From contig NW_026889750.1 of NCBI RefSeq assembly GCF_033153115.1, positions 7,254,001 through 7,318,000 on the forward strand: 64,000 nt of DNA, written 5' to 3'. Shown piece after piece: positions 1 to 13,472 of the stretch. A program made the position numbers and the translations under genes. Source of the DNA: Saccostrea echinata (taxonomy: Eukaryota). A model generated the notes under the pieces. The model saw only the letters and a list, made by a program, of their open reading frames with translations. It was not told the DNA's origin and ran no database searches. How positions within the stretch are numbered: position 1 is the stretch's first letter; each line of letters opens with the position of its first letter.

Positions 1-351
1 ACAGTTTTAATTACATCCTGATTCTCAGAGAGTGAACTGACGTCATTTGGAATGCTTCAATAATAGGTTTATTTTTGCAGGGTCTTTGTATAGTGGAAAA
101 CAATTAACGGTTTAATGATGAAAGATTATTGCAACTTCTATCATCTGAAATTAGTTTTCATATACTTCAAAGGCATGACAGGATGTTTTCTTACTCTGAG
201 ATAAACCTTTGCTAAATGATGCGTATATTTCTAATACGAGTACAGATTTTAACATGGAGTTGTGTATAAATAAAGTTTGCAAATAATTAAGGGGGGGGGG
301 TTATTTATTTGGTGTAATTTTTTTTTTTTTTTTTGGGGGGGGGGGGGTCAT

Positions 352-511
352 ATATTGTTCATGACTATTGTAGCCAAGAGAGTTTTTAGCAATAAGCAAG
401 ATCAAAATTTTTTCTCGTAACTGTTTCTCAGCAATATTTACAAAAATTGTGCATATTCTCAACAGTGTTTATGTATTAAGCCATAAATTCCACAGTAACC
501 AAAACATAAAA
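352..511 (+). repeat. ~160-bp direct repeat, copy 1 (copy 2 at 1274-1432)
   Basis: atattgtt(c/g)atgactattgtagccaagag...ataaattccac(a/g)gta(a/g)ccaaaaca occurs at 352-511 and 1274-1432 with scattered substitutions. Confidence 0.9.
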
Positions 512-512
512 A

Positions 513-1273
513 TAAGGCATCCAGATATGCAATCATTTAAGTTACATGAAGTAACAGCTTAAATTAATCTGCATATTAATAACGTGTTTGGCTTTCATGA
601 AAAGGATTAAAATTAGAAAAGAAAAAAAAGCCTGCATTAGTGCAGAAATTTATATAGCTAAGTAAAATTTTATTTTATTTAAACTCTAAACTGGTAGCTT
701 TTAAAAATATATAAAATAACTGAAAATTAACATATAAGTAAAGAATTGAGGATATTGTACTGAAATCTAGATACATCTTGCTCCATCATAAAAATTACTC
801 ATTACGATAGTCCGAGCCTCAGGTTCTGAAAATCAAAAAATTAAAAATACTAAAAGAAAATGGCTCTGAATTTATGAAATAATGTGTATTTACCCATGGT
901 ATTTCTTCAAAGTTCATCATTATAGTAAATCATATTATAGCATTCACGGTTTTCATGGTTGTAATGGCGGATGCGTCACGTGACTAGGAATGGCTACGCT
1001 CAGCAATTGTGATGTAATTGCGGGAAAAAGTTGTGTATAAGGAAAATTATAAAATCTCAATTATTTAGTATATGCGAATTAAAAGTACCAATTATGAATT
1101 TTCTAATCAAAAATTGATCATATATGTTTAGGATAAAAACCAACGGTATTCAGACAAACAGAGAAAATTGCATGACTTTTTTTATACTTATATTGCATTT
1201 TAGTTCTTCAGTTTCCTTTAATTGCTATATAATAAATTGTGTAAAAAAGCTTGACAAGTGTTATTATTGCAAG
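513..1273. repeat. Interspersed repeat fragment, copy 1 (homologous to 5941-6741), probable non-autonomous DNA transposon body
   Basis: Colinear with 5941-6741 from taaggcatccagatatg to aaaaaagcttgaca..tgtta..attgcaaga. Contains a GTCACGTGAC palindrome at 975-984. No termini identified. Confidence 0.8.
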
Positions 1274-1432
1274 ATATTGTTGATGACTATTGTAGCCAAG
1301 AGTGTTATTAGCAATAAATAAGATTATAATTTTTTTTGTAACTGTTTCTCAGCAATATTTATAAAAATTGTGCATATTCTTAACAGTGTTTATGTATTAA
1401 GTCATAAATTCCACGGTAGCCAAAACACAAAA
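1274..1432 (+). repeat. ~160-bp direct repeat, copy 2
   Basis: Matches 352-511. Confidence 0.9.
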
Positions 1433-4265
1433 CTAATCAGGTGCAGCAAGAATACTTTCTTTCTGTGTCTCATACCGTCTTACATGTATCTACCTGCTTG
1501 CCCTTCCGCCAACAAGACACCCTTTTTTTAATACCTATAGCTACGCACATAACATTCTCACATGATCGAGTTTATGGATGCATTTAGGTAAATATTTGCA
1601 GAGAAAGAAAGAATTCATTAAAATGTGCATTAATTCTGTTACACCTTTGGAAAATAATAGAAATGCTTCTTTGCTTTATATAGTTTCGTTCATTACAATA
1701 TCATTAATAATTTGGACTTCGGGGTGCCGTATATATACATGCATGGCTCATACAGGACTGCTAAGCATTTCTGTATGGGATGATTATTTTGATTTTTTCA
1801 TCATGATCAATTTTTGATGATTTTCAATACAATGACTTTTGGTGATTTGCAAGCATTGCAGAACAATACTGATGAAATAAAAACGAGCTGCGAGGTTGTC
1901 ATTTGTAAGATGAAAGAGCATTGAGAGAGACAGTTTAGAAAGGCATGAAGTGCATGTTTGTTTGTTACACAAACCAAATATTACTACGTATACTACATCA
2001 ATAAAGCTGACATTTAAAAATCAGTAACACATTTTTGTAGTCTTTGAATAAAGTTTAACCGAGAATGGTATGGATTCATCAAAGGTTTTCTCTGCTCTAT
2101 TCTCTCAGTATTTTAAAACTAATATGAGCATATTCCGGTCATTCCCCCTGGCAGTTAAAGTTCAAAGCAATAGAAAAGCTCAATTACCATTAGAAAAGGG
2201 CATTTAGTTTGATAGTATATTAAATGGTAAATGGTGTTAGAATTTTGGATTAAAGAGACCTGAAATTTCAAATTTTTTGTCATGAAGCTGAATTTATGTA
2301 AAAAAAAATATTACAGAACAATTGAAAAAAACAATTCTGATTAGACGATTTTTTCACATCACTATATGTAATTCACAAAGTATCGACGGTGATTTCGCTC
2401 ACTGCATGAGAATTATCTAAAAGATTGTGCACATTCACTACTTACCATTCATATATTAGAGAAGTTTATGAAATTACTAGGCGATACATTTTTATTTTAG
2501 GTCAATTTGTAAGCATATGTATTAAAAAAAAAAGAGTATGATACATTTACACTGTAACATACACTTATTATGACGTTAAGTTTAGATCGTACATAAGTAG
2601 AAAGTGCGTTTCACGGTTCAGTCAGGTTTATGATGACGTATGCATACATATTGAGATATTTTTTTTCTCGGAATAAAAAATGCTGTTTCATTATGTTTGA
2701 ATCCTTTTGCTTTCATAAGATAACAATAGTGTGGACCAACTTGTGCATACTTTCTGGCTAACAATAAAAAGATAAAAAACGATCACTAAGTCCAACAAGC
2801 CGAATCGGATAATATTTCCTTACACACATCAGACAAACGCTTTATATGCCTTTGTTAACATCAGATTTTTCGCTCAGGGATCATGAAACAGACTTACACT
2901 TAATTTTAATCATCTATAAAATGTTTATTAACTATTATGAACTGAAACCCTTACCTTGTATACAACAGAAGTCTATAGATGCAAAGATAAAAAGAAATTT
3001 AATTTTAATTTGGCTACCGGATTTTTAAATCATATCAGCGCAATATACATTTTTGACTTAAAATTAATTAAGCTTAAGCTTCATGATCATGGGGCCTGTA
3101 TACCTTGGGAAAATAGACTGATCCTTCGCATATATGTTATAACATATATCTAGCAGTTCTTGCAAATTGTTGTAAATCAACACAAAATTCCCCTCTGACT
3201 GCAAGCGTTTTCTATTAAGGTTCATTTAAAAAAAAACCAGTGCTTTAATGGTAGTAAATTTAATCTAAAGTATAAATGATAAAATACATATTATACCAAA
3301 TTAGAGTGATTAGCCTATATACTGTATAAATTTTGTTAAACAATTATAATTACTCACGAACTTTTTCATTGGTGAATATGTATTTTTTTTTCTCTTTTCT
3401 TTTTCAAATTGTTTTAATATATATTGCTGAATTAGTAAACTTTCCAAGCGTTTCTTGGAACAGATCATAATCTAGTGAAATGATCTGAACACTTTCCATA
3501 GAATTAATCAAAATCTTAAGTGGTAAGGCATTATAAAATATCAACAACAGAAACAAACAATTATAGTAATATGACAAGTGCATTCAGGATGTCATATCAT
3601 TTTGACATCAATTCGACATAGAAACTGTCAGTTTCTTTAGACTGCAAATGACAAGCAATACATATGGTCGGAGCGGGTCATTATCTTTCTGAAAACCATC
3701 TCAAAGTTCTAAATAGAGTCTATATTGTTAGGGTGAAAACGAGAAATTGAATCCTGCAGGTTCGTTAGATATAATTAAACTCGTTTCCCCGAGAAGGACG
3801 CTGCATTCTTAGATTGGAGTGGAATGTTTCAACGTGGAGCTGTAATGAGAAAACGTCAAATAATTTCAATTTCCTCATTTTGAAATCATTTACAGACATC
3901 GCAATAATCTATAAACTGGAGAAACTTGTTGATTAATCTGGGCAGCTTCGCTCAGCCGAGGGATAATGGTCTACCAAGGAACTTTGCTGCACGAGCTAGA
4001 TGCGATTTAATTACATGGCTACTTTTGTCAGTCGCACAAAAATATCCACCTTTTTCGAAGCGATTGTAAACATTTATAGAAATTTGTGTCGAATCAAAGT
4101 ACACATATAACAAAGAATAAAGGTATATTATTCATATGTTGAATTAGATGAAAAGTGAATTAATAGTATTTGAAATTCACTTTCTATTGTTTGTGAAATG
4201 AAAGTTCAAACCTATCAATATCACGGAATTTATTCATCTCCTTAATAAGAAAAACATGCAATAGT

Positions 4266-4413
4266 NNNNNNNNNNNNNNNNNNNNNNNNNNNNNNNNNNN
4301 NNNNNNNNNNNNNNNNNNNNNNNNNNNNNNNNNNNNNNNNNNNNNNNNNNNNNNNNNNNNNNNNNNNNNNNNNNNNNNNNNNNNNNNNNNNNNNNNNNNN
4401 NNNNNNNNNNNNN
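4266..4413. other. Assembly gap (148 N)
   Basis: Run of n characters. Confidence 1.
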
Positions 4414-5940
4414 ATTGATGGACTTATATGATACACTAAGTGGATTTCAAACAATCCACTTTTCCCCTTACAGTATTGGTGTACTCTTCTTTTGGCTAGA
4501 AGTGTACTTTTATTTGCCACAAATTTCTGTCACTGAAGTTTTATTTGTACAGTAGCATAGGAAATTGTACTGAAATATCATTTGATAGGGTTTCAATGAG
4601 AAAACACGCTTGATACAATTTATATATAATAGATACACTCGTTTATCTGGAATCAATTTGTTGGCCGCTATTTGATGAATGTATAACGATGACTGTTTTG
4701 CTTAGCGTCATTGAATTAGAGTGTATATAATAATCATTAAATAGCATATTTTCATTAGATGTTATGCAACATCACACCTTCTATTTTCCTCTAATATCTT
4801 GAAGTTTCGAGGCTTTAATGATAAAAATGAATGAATGTTTTCCTCCCTATTCCTTGCGCTAACGTTTTCAGCAGCAGTGTTTCAATGGGTCACATTTTTA
4901 TGAATTGCAATATATTATTCAGAAAAGCTATTTTAGAATAATAGGAGGCAGCTGGTATTGTACAAATAGCTTCTCTGTGAGATCACACATTAATCATTTT
5001 GACCATGGCGTTAAATATTTAATATCATCCCCCTTTCTTCTTTTCATTAGGCAGTACGATTTAACAGACATAGTTAATCTAATAAACGTTATTAATGCAT
5101 GCTCGACAACTATTTTTAAAAAAATCAATGTAAATTCAATTTCACATCCCCGTTTCTGCGATTTTTGACTTGATGTATTGTGTATCACTTTTCGCGCCAT
5201 CATATTATCTATCAGAAATATACATCTCTTTAACACAATCGAAATTGACACGGGTTCTTGGAATCTGGGCGCTCTCCTAATGCACCAACGTGATTACAAA
5301 ATTCGATTTCATCACTCGAGGGAGAGAACAAATAATTTAATTCGAGAAAGTATTTCCCGAAAGAGTAATGTATGTTTTCGGTTTTTGGAAAAGTTATGAA
5401 AATTTGATTCTCCTCAGGGAAGCAAGACTCCTAGTATACGTATCAAAGGAAATTATCCTTAGATTCGTGACGACGAGAGGATCCCCATGCATGGATAATG
5501 GTCAATAACATGCGTATTTATTTTATCGTTGTGAATTCTGATAAAATATATAGTATATCTATAGAATGTAACCAAAGAAAAATTGCATCCTACAAGAGTA
5601 CACCAATTTATTTAAGAGTATTTGCACTATAGCGAGTTAACGTTGATGCTTATCTAATCCAGGTGTAAACTTCTTTGTACTTTAAACGGTCATATTTCTA
5701 TTTTCTCCTCATACTATGCAACGCCTATGAATAAAACAGAAATAAAACCGTTTCTGACTTTAAAGTACATTAAGTACAATATTGCTAACTTATGATGCTA
5801 CTTACTAGTGCAACAATCACAGACTTTGATAGTCTTAAGATTTTACCAATCAAAGATCACCAAACCATTTTTGAACACAGTTTCCTGTACACCATGAATG
5901 AAGAGTCATTTCGTAAATGTGGAACTTTCTGCCGATCTTC

Positions 5941-6741
5941 TAAGGCATCCAGATATGTAATCATTTGCCTGCACATGAAGTAACAGCGTTACTTTGTTTG
6001 CTATATAAAAGTTTCTCAAAACTTCATTCATGATTTTTTCCCCCTCCTTTCTGCACAACTACATTTCTGTGCTTCTCTTTTGTAAGAGGTGCCATTCAAG
6101 AAATTACACTAGTCTTGTACTCCTTTTAAATTGATCTGCATATTAATAACGTGTTTGGCTTTCATGAAAAGGATTAAAATTAGAAATAATAAGCCTCCAT
6201 TAGTGAAGAAATTTATATAGCAAAGTAAAATTTTATTTTATTAAAACTGTAAACTGGTTACCTTTAAAATATATAAAATTAATGTATACTCTTATAAATA
6301 TATATAAAATAACTGGAATTTAAAATGTTAGTAAAGAATCGAGGAAATTGTACTGAAATCTAGATATATCTTGCTCCATTATAGAAATTACTCATTACGA
6401 TAGTCTGAGCCTCAGGTTCTGAAAGTCAGAAAATTAAAAATGCTATAAGAAGCTGTCTCTGAATTAAAGAAATAATGTGTATTTTCCCATGGTTTTTCTT
6501 CAAAGTTCATCATTAAAGTTAATCATATTATATAAGGAAAATTATAAAATCTCAGTTATTTTCTAATTAAAAATTGATCAACAAATATATATTTAGGATA
6601 AAAAACTAAAGGTATTCAGGCAAACAGAGAAAACTGCATGATTTTTTTTCATACTTACATTGCAGTTGAGTTCTTCAATTTCCTTTAATTGTTATATAAC
6701 AAATGGTGTAAAAAAGCTTGACATGTGTTATCATTGCAAGA
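5941..6741. repeat. Interspersed repeat fragment, copy 2 (homologous to 513-1273)
   Basis: Colinear match with reciprocal indels: extra 5988-6125 here, and lacks ~938-1035 of copy 1. Confidence 0.8.
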
Positions 6742-7832
6742 AATATCCCTTTATATTTCTTATCATGCTTATAAGCATTGATATCTAAAACTGGATTAAA
6801 AGAAATTCGATTTCTCTAAAAATGCAATTTTTAAAAATAATTTTTAGGTACAACTTTTTACAAGACCGTTTTTAAGACTTCAAAGAACCTTGAATGATGT
6901 TAAGATATAAGAAATGAAAATTGATGCACGAAAAGATTAAAACTTCGTCATTTTCAGACATTTTAAATTTTAAAATAATAATTTTAAGAGATGCAAATAT
7001 CCTTACCATTTATACTGCTTAGATTTTTTTCATTTGATTCATTGGTAACGTGGAATGATGTGTAATTTATATTACATAAAATAATACTTAACAAACTGAC
7101 TGTTTCCAAATATTAATCTTTCATGTATGTGTACAAAGAATATGTGCTTAAGAATATGGATGGAAATCTCCTTCGAAAAGGGTTCAGAAAAATTGGTTCT
7201 TGTACGAATATTTAGAAAGAGTCACAAGGGTTTGACGTAGTGGCTTTGTTTTGCAGGATAAATTATCTGCATATATTGCTTATTATAGAAATGTTATCTT
7301 CAAGTCCTTGAGAATAACAACATTCTAACTAAATCATTCCTTTGGTGCTCTACATAACTATGACTCTCGCTGTAGAAACTGATTAAAAACAACGCTTCTG
7401 CCAAAATATTGATTAAAAGTAATTCCAGTAATTCACTCCCTAAGAATTTATTTTGCAGTATCCCGGAGTGACCAATTCATCAATTTATTCGGTGAAATGA
7501 GAGAATTTTAAAAATTCTTATTCTAGTATTTCTTCGCTTTCGCCCTCTTCATTCAAGTATGTTTTAATTAGACAAGTACAAATCTCTTACTACATATACA
7601 TTTATTAAAGAAATTCACATGTTAAACAGCTTATAATAAATATGGTCTCAAAATATACATGAAGGTATGATCGTTTGTTATTGTAACATATAAAAATTAT
7701 TTTGACACTTGCACACCTTTGGCAAATATCTCAAATAAGCACCTTAAGTATATATGCATGGAGATTTCTTATTGTATTAGGTTTTGAGTTTCGTAAAAAT
7801 AATATGAATAAGAAAATACTTATAATGGACTC

Positions 7833-8152
7833 GGGTTGGTTGGTTGGTTGTCTGTTGCTCTACGTCCCATTCGAGAATGTTTCACTCATACAGAGACGTC
7901 ACCACATACCGGTGAAGGGCTTCAAATTTAGACCTATTCTCGGCTCTCGGGGCCATTGAGCAGTGACGGTTCTTTATCGTGCTAACGCCTAGCGTGACAC
8001 GGGACCTCGGTTTTTAAGGCCTCATCCGAAAGACCGTCACTTCCAGTGCCGGGCGCTTGGCGAAGGAACAGTCACTTCCTATATTTACGAATCAAACCCC
8101 GGCCTCCCTATCAGGAAGCGAGCGCCCTACGGCTATGGTACCATGACTGGTC
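7833..8152 (-). mobile_element. tRNA-derived SINE (Meta+Deu domain type, BivaMD-SINE-like), near full length, with 10-bp TSD
   Basis: Reverse complement of the 12821-13166 copy. (CCAA)n-type tail at 7833-7850. Direct repeat taatggactc at 7823-7832 and 8153-8162. Confidence 0.9.
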
Positions 8153-9904
8153 TAATGGACTCTGACTTTCATTTTATTTTATTTATATATCATTGCTATT
8201 TACTATATTTTTTAATACATTGTGTTATATGACAATAATTGTACATCAAACAAGACATAGCTAAGCATAATGCATTTTCTATATTCGATTCATTAAAGGT
8301 CGTGGTCAATGCTGAACCATCATTTACGTAGTATTTTTGAAAAGTCACGAAATGGTTAATCCTCCAAAAAAACCTAAATGCAATACCTTAACGAAATGGT
8401 TTATTCGTATTAAAGAAATTTGTCTGTCGTCAGTTCGTAGACGATTTGCTTAGCATCTAGAATTCGATCTTCATTATAGAATGACAATGTCGTCAAGTAG
8501 TTCCATTATTTGATGACAAATAATGTATGATGTAACTCGGCTAAATGTTAGCAATATCCCAATAAAGTTAGCAAACATACTTCTTGGTCCATATATTATT
8601 CAACAGTCCATACATTATTCAACAGTCAGAATTTGAAAAAAAAAATACACATAGCTGCAAATTAAAAATGCAATTCATTTTTGTAGGATTCCATTCATGG
8701 CTTTGGTCTTTTTCTTCTCGTTTTAATTATTATGTCCGTGTTCGAAAGAGAAGCTGTCTCTTATTTTACTCTTTCATTTATGTGGGTCTTTAGATTACTA
8801 CAGAGAGATACCACTACTTCTTTTGAGAAAAATGGCACATAAAGAAGATTTATTGAAAGACGATCTCGTACTTTACAATCATGGTGTCACGAAAAAACCA
8901 TATTCGTCTAAAACGAGGACACGGTTCTCACAGAAATGGGTCAGGTCTATCGACATTTGGCCATTAGAAGGGAAATGAAATAATATCTCTACTACAAAAA
9001 AAAGAAACGTTCTGGCCGCTATATTTGGTTTTTTGCGTGTAAACGCATAACTATTGTAGACTGTTCCTTAGGAATTGCCTTGGAATTTATATTTCCTTTT
9101 GTTGTTCTCATTGAGAGATGCACGCTAACGTCCTAAAATGCTTTTGCTTATGATTAGATTACCATATATGAACGATAAAGCAGTCTGAAAATTTGTGATA
9201 CATGTGCACATTATTCTTCATATGAAATCGTTATGTGCGAAAGTAGTCTAGCACACAATCAACACGCGCAGCGGAGATAATAAATTTGATGCACAATATT
9301 TGCGAAAAAATGTCCATTTTCTGAATAATAATCACTCTTAAGCTAATATAACGTCTTCCGGCGCTGATTAAGCAGTGCTTTAAGAATAATGCATACCTTG
9401 CAACCCCTGCAATAGGGCAATTATTTTAAATATACGTCCTTTCCTTTAAAAAATTGCTATATATGAGTGCATTTAAAAGACAGACAATTTTTTAAAAGCT
9501 TCATTTGCATATATCGAGGCAAACTGGATAGGTAATACGAACAATGATGTTTTTAAATTTAATGAAAGCAGTAAATTATGTAAGATAGTTGGCGCAAACG
9601 AATCCTTCTGTGCGTTGTTATGTATTCACTAAACGGTCTTACTTTAAGTAGTGTTACCTTGGTTTCATTTAAAAATATCAATGTTATTTGACAAATATTC
9701 AATTCCAACAATTTGATGTATCATATTTTTTTTTCATATCACAGGAAGATTTTACTTTGTTTCTAACTGAATAATTCTCTTTACGGTATCACTCTGTTCA
9801 AAAAGACAATAACTTCTGCATACATGTAAACCATATTACATAGGGGTAAACAGTGAAGTTAAAGAGCTCTCACAGTGTCACTTAACAATAGATAGATCAA
9901 TTAT

Positions 9905-9938
9905 CATAGGCGTCGGAATCGGGGGGGGGGGGGGGGGG
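9905..9938 (+). mobile_element. Possible terminal fragment of a hAT-like non-autonomous element (CATAGGCGTCGGAA + poly-G)
   Basis: cataggcgtcggaatc followed by a G run resembles termini of small invertebrate hAT-like elements. No partner end found. Confidence 0.3.
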
Positions 9939-9960
9939 GAGAGACTGGATTTAGACGAGG

Positions 9961-10157
9961 ACGTTACCGGTCTTTCGGATGAGACCTTAAAAACCGAGGC
10001 CCGGTTCACGGTAGGTGTTGGCACGATAAAGAACTCTCAATGCTCAACGGCCTTAAGTGCCGAGTATAGGTCTAAATTTGAAGCCCTACACCGATATATG
10101 GTGACATTTCTATAATTTTGCGAAAGGGTGTAAACAACATACAGCCAATCACCAATC
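9961..10157 (+). mobile_element. 5'-truncated SINE, same family (Deu domain + tail)
   Basis: tttcggatgagaccttaaaaaccgaggcccg...ggcacgataaagaac...tgccgagtataggtctaaatttgaagccc, ending in a caatc-type tail. Confidence 0.88.
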
Positions 10158-10414
10158 GTTTTTAGAATTAAAGAGAATTACCTTTCTCAGAAAGATTTTC
10201 CTTTTAATTGATGAGTAGTGTGATTAATTTGCATAGTGTGCATTATATACTAATGATGGTCAACAGAAAAGAACTCGATGCTTTGACTAAATCAGGTAAA
10301 GCAGTAAAAACAATGCAAAAGTAAGTCATAAAAAGCTTCTATATAAAAATGTAGTTTTCATGCTTTAAAATATTAAACCTTTTAATTTTATTTCCCTGTT
10401 TTCTCTTTTTATTC

Positions 10415-10763
10415 TCACAGTCGACAGAGTGCTCGTTCCGTGATCGGAAGTTCGTGTGTTCGAATCACGGCCGCGACTGATCTAAGTCGATAAAAAAAAA
10501 ATAGGTAGCAACTGTTCCTTCTCCAAGCGCTCGGCACTTTGAAGTTAAAGTTTCGGGTCATTCGGATGAGACTTTATAAACCAAGGTCCCGTGTCACGGT
10601 AGGCGTTGGTACGATAAAGAACCCTCACTGCTTAATGGCCCTGAGTGCCGAGTAAAGGTCTAAATTTGAAGCCCTTCACCGGTATATGGTGACGTCTATA
10701 TGAGTGAAAAATTCTCGAACGGAACGTAAAACAGCATATTGTAATCTATCAACCAATCAATCA
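10415..10763 (+). mobile_element. tRNA-derived SINE, same family, head slightly truncated
   Basis: B-box gtgttcgaatc, Meta-like taggtagcaactgttccttctccaagcgctcggcac, Deu-like cggatgagact..aaaccaaggtcccgtgtc, tail tgagtgaaaaattctcgaacggaacgtaaaac..caatcaatc. Confidence 0.9.
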
Positions 10764-12193
10764 TTTTCAAGATCAAACTATAGCAGAATTCAAACAATTT
10801 CTCATCAATATCCGCAGGCAGAAGAAGGTTGTAAAAATCTATAATTAGAAATCGATTGGTTCTTCAAAAATTGCACTCTGTTGGCAATTAATAAAAGAAT
10901 TCTGAGCGATACTAATAAAGTGAATTAAGACGTAATGAGTGGTTCACATACTATCGCTTTCATTACTTGCGCTTAGCCGGAAATGAATTTCATAACTCAT
11001 TCAAATGGTCTGATATTGTGTTACAGCTGTCAAATGAGACTTGATTTATCTGCATGCTCCAACTTTTCACAACATGCAAATTGTTTTCGAAGATGGGTTC
11101 TGAAATTAATAAATATGTTTATCAGGAAAGACTTTATGTTTCTTTAACCTTGAAGAATTAGATTTTTTATGTTATGATATGATTTGACAAGTATTCGATA
11201 AAACCATTGTTATATTTGAACTTAGGGGTATTTTAATCACAGTTGCATCATATTATGATTTACTTATACGATTCATATTATATCTTTTAACGCTATGCTA
11301 TAAATAGTTCGACGATTTGATTATAAAACATAATAATAGGTAAACAAAAAATATAGAAAAGAAATCAAAATCATGCTACATCTTCTCTGAATTTTATCAC
11401 ATTCATATACTTTTTAGAATGACAAGACTATTAACAAACTTCCACCAGATCTGTCTATTAACAGATGTTAATACATATGTTATTTCTAGGTTGTAGTGGT
11501 CATGTTTTCACAACAAAAACTTTGGTTTGGTATGTGACCAATACTGGTAAAGTCGTTTAATTGTGTTTTAGCAATTTTCTAACTAAAAGCTTGTGGAAGA
11601 CCAATAATGTTCTTACCCCCCTGATAATCGTTATGGAATCACGTTTTTCCCTCATAAAATTGACAGAAGTCTGACTTTTTCCCTCACTTTTACTATTGTT
11701 TGCTTTTAATACGTCGTTCCTCGGAATAATATTCCTGGATAACCATTACAGTACATTATATTTACATAAGAACTTACACATTATGGGTCTTTATTTTTTT
11801 TTTCGTGATGACGTAATAAGAATAAACAACACTAGGGATTGTAGCAAAGAGATTAAGTTTATCCGTCCTTGAGTTTGTCATCTAGACCCTTGGATGTTAT
11901 TTTCTTTAAAAATCCAGTAATAGAATGTAAACAAGATCGATTAACTTCTCAATATTAAGGACAAAAAAAACCCATACAGTATATAAACTTTTTTTCAGAA
12001 ATCAGCAATATATCTCATATATATTTATATCCATGTAGATTAGGTTATCTGAATAATGTTTGACAGGTAAGTGTGAAAATGTAAGATTTTGTAATAATGT
12101 TAAAAAATGATTGCAAAATTTTGCATAGCTTAACATAGTAAAGGACAGAATGAGGCATAATTAACTAAAGATTTCTTTATTTATATTTATGTC

Positions 12194-12198
<5 letters not shown>

Positions 12199-12253
<55 letters not shown>
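12199..12253. repeat. (TA)n microsatellite, ~27 units
   Basis: Direct read. Confidence 0.98.
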
Positions 12254-12255
<2 letters not shown>

Positions 12256-12820
12256 ACACAAATTCTTGTTAATGTAATGTATCCTTAAAAGTTATTTCTT
12301 TTATGCATAAAAAAGAATTATTCTTCATATAGCCTTCATCCTAAAGATGAATCAATCATGCAAGTTTGTCTAGGTAGGGCTAATCATAGTTACTGGGGAT
12401 TGAACCTGCTCCAAAACTTAAACCTGTTCAATCATCTGAAAATGTTGGTCAAATCCGAAGCAAGTCTGGTAAGTGTGCACTCCTAGATACATCATCCATG
12501 CATGCATATGCATGTTCAGTCACCATACAGATAACATTTACTAAGAAATGGACTTGTTCTAAGAATTAAACCCTTTTCAATCTCATGGAAAATGAAGGTA
12601 AGATGCAGCATCCAAAGCAAGTCTGGTAGTGTGCATCCTAGTTGGTCACCAAAGGCTTATCAATACTCTAAAACTCGTTAAATTTGTTTCAAAACTTTAA
12701 CTTGGACTCTCACCTGGAAAATGTAGGTCAGATACAGCGTCTATGCAAGATGGTCACCAAATTCTTATCGTTGCTCTAAAACCTCGTTCAAAACTTTAAC
12801 CTGGTCACTCATCTGGAAAA

Positions 12821-13166
12821 ACCGTTCACGGTAGCTCAATTGGTAGAGAGCTCGCTCCGCGATCGGGAGGTCGTGAGTTCGAATCTCGGCCGCGACTGAC
12901 CTAAGTCGATAAAAAATGGGTAGCAACTGTTCCTTCGCCAAGAGCTCGGCACTTTGAAGTGAAAGTTGAGAGTCCTTCGGATGAGACCTTAAAAACCGAG
13001 GCCCCGTGTCAGGGCAGATGTTGGCACGATAAAGAACCCTTACTGCTCAATGGCCCTGAGTGCCGAGTAAAGGTCTAAATTTGAAGCCCTTCACCGGTAT
13101 ATGGTGACGTCTCTATATGAGTAAAAAATTCTCAAACAGGACGTAAAACAACATACAATCAATCAA
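12821..13166 (+). mobile_element. Full-length tRNA-derived SINE (Meta+Deu type, BivaMD-SINE-like)
   Basis: Pol III A-box tagctcaattgg (12832-12843) and B-box gttcgaatc (12877-12885). Meta-like core. Deu/Nin-like ttcggatgagacc..aaaccgaggccccgtgtc..ggcacgataaagaaccc. I/Nimb-like tail ending (caat)n. Confidence 0.92.
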
Positions 13167-13472
13167 ATAATTGAATATATCTTCAAATGAATTAAAGTTA
13201 GGTATATTTGAATTTAAGATAGGTGGAAATAATTAAACCTGTCTTTGTATATAGAACCTCGTGTACCACTAAATGGTCTGAGTTAATAAACTGAATTGAG
13301 TTGTACTTATCTTCAGTTCATTTAGACCTATTTTCAAATCTTTTGTACCTATCTCCAAATGAATTATAGATAGGTATAACTGAGTAAACCTATATTCAAT
13401 TCATTTGCATAGGTACAGTTATTTGATGAAAAGTTACAAATATTTGAATATATGCTAATTTGGCGTTCCATA
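13167..13472. mobile_element. Unclassified repeat remnant with short internal repeats (atct(c/t)caaatgaatta), ending tttggcgttccata
   Basis: Internal 15-20-bp repeated motifs in both orientations. One terminus-like end; the other is apparently lost at the SINE junction. Confidence 0.35.

Noticed and set aside
12821-12895. tRNA gene
   Set aside because: tRNA-like head runs straight into the SINE body; no acceptor stem or terminator.
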